A DNA stretch of 64,000 nucleotides from an uncultured Gemmatimonadales bacterium (GTDB lineage: Bacteria; Gemmatimonadota; Gemmatimonadetes; Longimicrobiales; Longimicrobiaceae). Under the pieces are notes generated by a model. The model was given only the letters and a program-made list of their open reading frames with translations. It had not been told where the DNA came from and searched no databases. Location of the stretch: contig OY970303.1 in NCBI GenBank assembly GCA_963716255.1, forward strand, positions 2,624,001 through 2,688,000. The letters run 5' to 3'. Shown here piece after piece: positions 59,287 to 64,000 of the stretch (position 1 is the first letter of the stretch; each line of letters begins with the position of its first letter). The position numbers and the translations under genes were made by a program.

Positions 59287-60600
59287 TTACCGCCCCGCCG
59301 CGCCCCCCGCCAGGTAGTCCAGCAGCAGCCCCGACATGACCCGCATCCCCACCGGGATGGACGCGTCGTCCGCCATGAAGGTGGGCGTGTGGTGCCCGCC
59401 GGAGACCGTGCCCGGCTTCACCGAGCCCAGGCGGAAGTACAGCCCCGGCACCGCGTTGGCGAAGTACGAGAAGTCCTCTGCCCCGGTGGTGGGGTCCACC
59501 CGCACCACGTTCTCGCGCCCGGCCACCCGCTCCAGGGTGGGCCGCATGCGCGCCGCCAGCGCCGTGTCGTTCACCGTCACCGGGTAGGCCCGGTTGATGT
59601 CCAGCGTGAACGAGCCGCCGCCCGCCCGCGAGATCCCGTCGAAGATCTCGCGCATGCGGCGCTCCACCGTGTCCTGCACCGTCGGGTCGAAGGTGCGGAT
59701 GGTCCCCTCCAGCTTCACCTCCGCGGGGATGATGTTGAGCCGCTCGCCGCCGCGGATGATCCCCACCGTCACCACGCTGGGGGTGAAGGGCGACAGGTTG
59801 CGGGCGCGGATCGTCTGCAGCGCCGTCACCACCTGCGCCGCCATCACCACCGGGTCCACCCCCAGGTGCGGCGACGCCCCGTGCGCCTGCCGTCCGCGCA
59901 CGGTCGCGCGCCACTCCGTCGCCGCCGCCATCGCCGGCCCCGGCGTGTACCCCACCCTGCCCACCTCCATCTCCGAGAACGTGTGCAGCCCGAAGACCGC
60001 CGCGGGCTTCCACCGGTCGAACACCCCCTCCTTCATCATCAGCGCCGCGCCCCCCTCCTCGCCCAGCGGCGCCCCCTCCTCCGCCGGCTGGAACAGGAAC
60101 ACCACCGTCCCCGGCACCTGCTCGCGCATGGAGGCCAGCACCGAGGCCACCCCCATCTGCACCGCCGTGTGCACGTCGTGCCCGCAGGCGTGCGCCACCC
60201 CCACCTCCTGCCCGTTGTAGGTGGTGCGGACCGTGGACCTGAACGGGTACGGCGTGTCCTCCGTCACCGGCAGCGCATCCATGTCCGCGCGCACCGCCAC
60301 GGTCGGGCCCGGGCGGCCGCCGCGCAGCACCCCCACCACCCCGGTGTGGGCCACCCCCGTCTGCACCTCCATCCCCAGCGAGCGCAGGTGCCGCGCGACC
60401 ATCTCCGCCGTCTTCACCTCGCGGTTCCCCAGCTCCGGGTTCTGGTGAATGCGGTGCCGCGCCTCCACGATGGCGGGAGCGAAGCGGTCCACGGCGGCGG
60501 CCACCCGCGCATCGGCGGCCTGGGCGGCGGCGTGGCCGGGCAGGGCGAGCGAGGCGGCGAGGAGGAAGCCCGCCAGGGGGCGTGCGGAAGGGGTGCGCAT
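59287..60600 (-). CDS. M20 family amidohydrolase with signal peptide
   Basis: HQNPELG, RADMDALP, HACGHD, FQPAEEG, GAEDFS. Confidence 0.92.
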   Translation of the reverse strand: MRTPSARPLAGFLLAASLALPGHAAAQAADARVAAAVDRFAPAIVEARHRIHQNPELGNREVKTAEMVARHLRSLGMEVQTGVAHTGVVGVLRGGRPGPTVAVRADMDALPVTEDTPYPFRSTVRTTYNGQEVGVAHACGHDVHTAVQMGVASVLASMREQVPGTVVFLFQPAEEGAPLGEEGGAALMMKEGVFDRWKPAAVFGLHTFSEMEVGRVGYTPGPAMAAATEWRATVRGRQAHGASPHLGVDPVVMAAQVVTALQTIRARNLSPFTPSVVTVGIIRGGERLNIIPAEVKLEGTIRTFDPTVQDTVERRMREIFDGISRAGGGSFTLDINRAYPVTVNDTALAARMRPTLERVAGRENVVRVDPTTGAEDFSYFANAVPGLYFRLGSVKPGTVSGGHHTPTFMADDASIPVGMRVMSGLLLDYLAGGAAGR

Positions 60601-60759
60601 GGCTCTCGTGGGTGGGTGGCGTTGCGGAAGGATTCCGCAGACACGATAATCCCCGCCGTACCGCCGCGCAAAGAGGGCTCCCCCGGCAGGTGGCGCACTG
60701 CTTGCGGAAACGGCCCCGCCACGACCGTGGACGATAGACACCGGACCGGAGAGACCCCT

Positions 60760-61344
60760 GTGACGCAGACCCGGAAGCGCCCCCGCTCCAGCCAGACCTG
60801 GCTCTTCGCCAGGAACTTCTTCAAGCACCCGATGATGCTGGGGTCGGTGATCCCGAGCTCGCGCTTCCTGATCGATCACATCCTGGGGCAGGTGGACTGG
60901 AACCGCGCCCGGGTCTTCGTGGAGTACGGCCCCGGCGTCGGCACCATCACGCGCCACGTCCTCAAGCGCATGCGCCCGGACGCCAAGATGATCGTGGTGG
61001 AGACCAACCGCGACTTCGTGGACTACCTGCGCAGCCACGTCGCCGACCCGCGCCTGCACGTGGTGCACGGCTCCGCCGCCGACGTGCGGCGGGCGCTCTC
61101 CGACCTGGGGCTCGGACAGGCCGACTACGTCATCTCCGGGATCCCCTTCAGCACCCTGCCGCCCGAGGTGGGCGAATCGGTGATCCGGGCCACACGCGAC
61201 GTCCTGTACCCGGACGGCCAGTTCCTCGTCTACCAGTTCTCGCGCGCCGTGCAGCCGGGGCTGGAGCGCCACTTCGGCCGGATCCGGCAGGACTTCGAGC
61301 CGCTCAACATTCCGCCCGCGCGTCTGTACTACTGCCAGCCGTGA
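60760..61344 (+). CDS. Class I SAM methyltransferase (phospholipid N-methyltransferase PmtA-like)
   Basis: FFKHPMMLGSVIPSSRFL, VEYGPGVG, ISGIPF, YQFS, NIPPARLY. Confidence 0.85.
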   Translation: MTQTRKRPRSSQTWLFARNFFKHPMMLGSVIPSSRFLIDHILGQVDWNRARVFVEYGPGVGTITRHVLKRMRPDAKMIVVETNRDFVDYLRSHVADPRLHVVHGSAADVRRALSDLGLGQADYVISGIPFSTLPPEVGESVIRATRDVLYPDGQFLVYQFSRAVQPGLERHFGRIRQDFEPLNIPPARLYYCQP

Positions 61345-61373
61345 CGGGTTGCGGCTACGGCAACAGCTGGTTC

Positions 61374-61502
61374 GGGCGTGCCCCCGGCTGGCGCCGGGGT
61401 CGGGCTTCGGCTCCGTAACGCACGAAACAACCGTGCGTAACGGAGTCGAGCCCCGGCAAACAGCCGCCGGGTCTCGCCCCTTCGGGCCGTAATCCCTCAC
61501 GC
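61374..61502 (+). ncRNA. ~130-nt structured dispersed element, copy 10
   Basis: Consensus copy; 29 nt after the methyltransferase stop. Confidence 0.7.
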
Positions 61503-61535
61503 AACTGCCGAAGCGGCCGCAATATCCCGCAGTTG

Positions 61536-61662
61536 CCCCATCTCCCAGAATTGGGAGAGGGTGGCGAGCCTCAAGCGAGCCGGGTGAGGGCCGCCCCCGC
61601 CGGGATCTCCCGGCGGGGGCGCGTTGTTCCTTGCAGGCTGTTCCCTGTTCCCTGCCGTTCCC
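61536..61662. repeat. Composite REP-like cluster with a terminator-like hairpin
   Basis: tctcccagaattgggaga, GGTGGCGAGCCTCAAGCGAGCCGGGTGAGGG, gcccccgccggga-tc-tcccggcgggggc, ctgttccctgttccctgccgttccc. Confidence 0.75.
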
Positions 61663-63423
61663 CTACTTCGCCTCGATCTCGGCGCGCAGCCGCATCAGCG
61701 CGTCCTCGGCGGTCACCAGCTCGGCGCGGGCCTCGTTGAGCTGCTCCTGCTGCACCTGCACGAAGCGGCGGTAGGGGGCGATGGACTCGTTCACCTTTTC
61801 GGTGGAGTCCTCGATGGCCGCGTGCACCTGGCGGGTGAGGGCGTCGCGCAGGCGGCGGCGCAGCTCCTCCACCTTCTTCGCGAACTCCGCCTTGGCCTTG
61901 GCGCGGCGGGCGGGGATCACGTACAGGCCGGTGACCCCCAGCGTGACCGCCATCAGGATGCCGGTGATGTCCGCCACCGCGCCCGAGAGCGCCGCGGTGA
62001 GCAGCACGCCGATCCCCACCCCCGCCCCGGCGAAGATGGTGGTGCCGTAGGCGCCGCGCACCTCCTCGGCAAGCTCGCGGGCCTCCGCCTCGCGGTTGTA
62101 GGTGCCCACCACCTCGCGCGCCGTGCGGCCGATGGAGTCCAGCAGCGCCTGGCGGTTGTAGCCAAAGCCCTGTCCCACCTCGCCGATCATCCCCTCGCGG
62201 TGGCGCGACACCTGCCGCCGGTCTATGTAGGCGCCGATGTCCTGCCAGAGCCGGAGGTTGCGCTCCACGATCCAGTCGATCACGCGCCCCGTCTCGTCGT
62301 CGATCGCGCGGGGCGTGTCGCCCACCACCTCGCGCTCGAAGTCCTTGCGCAGCTGGTCCGTGCGCATCAGGTCGCGGATGCGCCCGAAGCGGATGGTCTC
62401 GTCGAAGAAGTTCAGCCCCCGCACCTCCATCTCCCCCAGCAGCGCGTCCAGCCGCCCCAGCCGCGGCTCGAAGTCGCGGAGCATCTCCTGGTGGAAGGCG
62501 GCCAGCTGCGTGTCGATGTTCTGGAGGGTGGACACGTCCTCCGCCAGCAGCTTGAGCCGCTCGAACGCCGTGGCCTTGTACGTCCCCGCCAGACGCAGCC
62601 CCACGTTCAGCGGGTTGAGCAGCTTCAGGCGGATGCGCTCCTCCTGGTCCAGCGTCCCCAGCAGGTACTCCTCCATCGCCCCGAAGCCGCTCGACGCCCA
62701 GAGCGCCGCGTCGTCCGTCTCCCGCGCCTGGAGCGCCTGCCGCGCCGACACCGGGAACACCTCCGGCGCCTCGCCCAGCAGCGACTCGCCGTTCTCGCGC
62801 ACGTAGCGGATCACCTGCTCGCGGTCCGCCGCCGAGGCGAGGATGTCCACCTTGTTGACCACGAACACGATCTTCTTCCCCCAGGTGCGGATCTGCTGGA
62901 GGAAGCCGCGCTCGCTCTCCGTGAACGGGCGGTCCGCCGAGGTCACGAAGATCACCAGGTCCGAGCGGGGGACGAAGTCGCGCGTCAGCTCCTCGTGCTC
63001 GCGGACGATGGCGTTGGTCCCCGGGGTGTCCACCACGTGCAGGTCGCGCAGGATCTCCGCCGGGTGGGTGCGCTCCAGCAGGTACGCCTCCAGCAGCTCC
63101 TCGCCCACCTCGTCGCCGTGGCGCAGCAGGTTGATGCGGTCCGTGGTGGGGACCACCCCTTCGGGGAGGATGCGCCCGCCGAGAAGCGCGTTGATGAACG
63201 ACGACTTGCCGGAGTTGAACTCCCCCGCGATCACCAGCAGGAAAAGCCCCTCCAGCTGCTCGCGGGCCTGGCGGAAGTGGCGGAGGTCGTCCGGGTCCAC
63301 GTCGTTCCCGAAGCGGCCGAGCGCCGCGGAAAGCCGGTCGAGCAGCTCGCGCTCGCGCGCCCGCAGCTCCGACTCGCGCTCCCCCAGGATCCGCTTGCGC
63401 TTCAGCAGGCGTCCAAGGACCAA
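61663..63423 (-). CDS. Bacterial dynamin-like GTPase
   Basis: G1 GEFNSGKSS, G2 VPTT, G3 DTPG, G4 NKVD, helical stalk and hydrophobic hairpin. Confidence 0.88.
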   Translation of the reverse strand: MVLGRLLKRKRILGERESELRARERELLDRLSAALGRFGNDVDPDDLRHFRQAREQLEGLFLLVIAGEFNSGKSSFINALLGGRILPEGVVPTTDRINLLRHGDEVGEELLEAYLLERTHPAEILRDLHVVDTPGTNAIVREHEELTRDFVPRSDLVIFVTSADRPFTESERGFLQQIRTWGKKIVFVVNKVDILASAADREQVIRYVRENGESLLGEAPEVFPVSARQALQARETDDAALWASSGFGAMEEYLLGTLDQEERIRLKLLNPLNVGLRLAGTYKATAFERLKLLAEDVSTLQNIDTQLAAFHQEMLRDFEPRLGRLDALLGEMEVRGLNFFDETIRFGRIRDLMRTDQLRKDFEREVVGDTPRAIDDETGRVIDWIVERNLRLWQDIGAYIDRRQVSRHREGMIGEVGQGFGYNRQALLDSIGRTAREVVGTYNREAEARELAEEVRGAYGTTIFAGAGVGIGVLLTAALSGAVADITGILMAVTLGVTGLYVIPARRAKAKAEFAKKVEELRRRLRDALTRQVHAAIEDSTEKVNESIAPYRRFVQVQQEQLNEARAELVTAEDALMRLRAEIEAK

Positions 63424-63598
63424 GGTCGCTCCTCGCGTTGGGTATGGTTGCGGCGGGCGCGGCTCCCTCCCGCACCCCGCGGCGGAACGCCCGCCGCTCC
63501 TGCATCGTCCGCGCCAGGCGCGTCCGCCGCTGGTGCGGATCGTGCGTTGGCCGGCGGCGGATCAGAAAAGGGTAAACCCAGCAGAGGGAGGAACATCC

Positions 63599-64000
63599 AT
63601 GCGTGTTCTCACGCTCGTCTGTGCCGCCGCGGCCCTGGCCGCCTGCACGCCCCGCATCAACACCAACCCGGAGACCGGGAAGGTGGACGTGGACATGGAG
63701 CCGGTCACCCAGCGCGGCGAGGTGTGGAACGCCGCCATCGCCTCGCAGGGCGGGTCCGCCGTGCGGGGGACCACCACCGCCACGGTGCGCGAGGGCCACA
63801 CGGCCGCCAACATCTCCATCACCGGCGGCACGCCGGGCGGCACGCACCCCTGGCACATCCACGAGGGCACCTGCGCCAGCGGCGGACCCATCGTGGGGCC
63901 GGCCAACGCCTACGCGCCCCTCCAGGTGGCCAGCAACGGCGCCGCCACCGCCGAGGCGCACCTGATGCTCACGCTCAACGAGGCGCGCGACTACCACGTC
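63599..64000 (+). CDS. Lipoprotein with a CHRD / Cu,Zn-SOD-like domain (3'-truncated by the window edge)
   Basis: GGAGGA RBS, MRVLTLVCAAAALAAC lipobox, HPWHIHEGTC motif; frame stays open to the window end. Confidence 0.75.
   Translation, partial: MRVLTLVCAAAALAACTPRINTNPETGKVDVDMEPVTQRGEVWNAAIASQGGSAVRGTTTATVREGHTAANISITGGTPGGTHPWHIHEGTCASGGPIVGPANAYAPLQVASNGAATAEAHLMLTLNEARDYHV

Noticed and set aside
59287..61344. M20 amidohydrolase and methyltransferase as RiPP tailoring enzymes
   Set aside because: The M20 gene is convergent and separated by a terminator. The methyltransferase looks like the PmtA phospholipid family. Nothing beyond proximity links them to the precursors.

Overview
A very GC-rich bacterial chromosome segment. 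Gene content and style suggest Gemmatimonadota (Longimicrobium-like), which is an inference. It holds about 58 CDS: the end of a suf Fe-S operon, fadI, an MhqR-type quinone-detox cluster, map, an XPB helicase pair, a MacB/FtsX-type ABC system, a TetR/GbsR-regulated RND pump, mlaEFD, mqnA, cstA/actP, ung, a hybrid kinase, slt, vapBC, peptidases and a dynamin. I found no rRNA, tRNA, CRISPR array or transposase. Three things stand out. (1) An operon of three short Cys/Ser/Thr-rich RiPP-like precursor genes (58583-59178) has a shared LxLx(K/R)x5L leader, hypervariable cores and no modification enzyme nearby. One of the three is missing from the ORF track. (2) Ten dispersed copies of a ~130-nt multi-stem element show extensive compensatory base changes, and seven of them sit in the sense orientation 20-39 nt after a stop codon. 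This is a probable structured RNA or ssDNA element, possibly Flavo-1-like. (3) A MacB-type permease appears split in two, with its N-terminal half fused to an AttH/CrtC-like domain. The window also carries modular REP-like repeats, several operator palindromes and a lower-GC islet. All family assignments come from motif recognition, not database searches.
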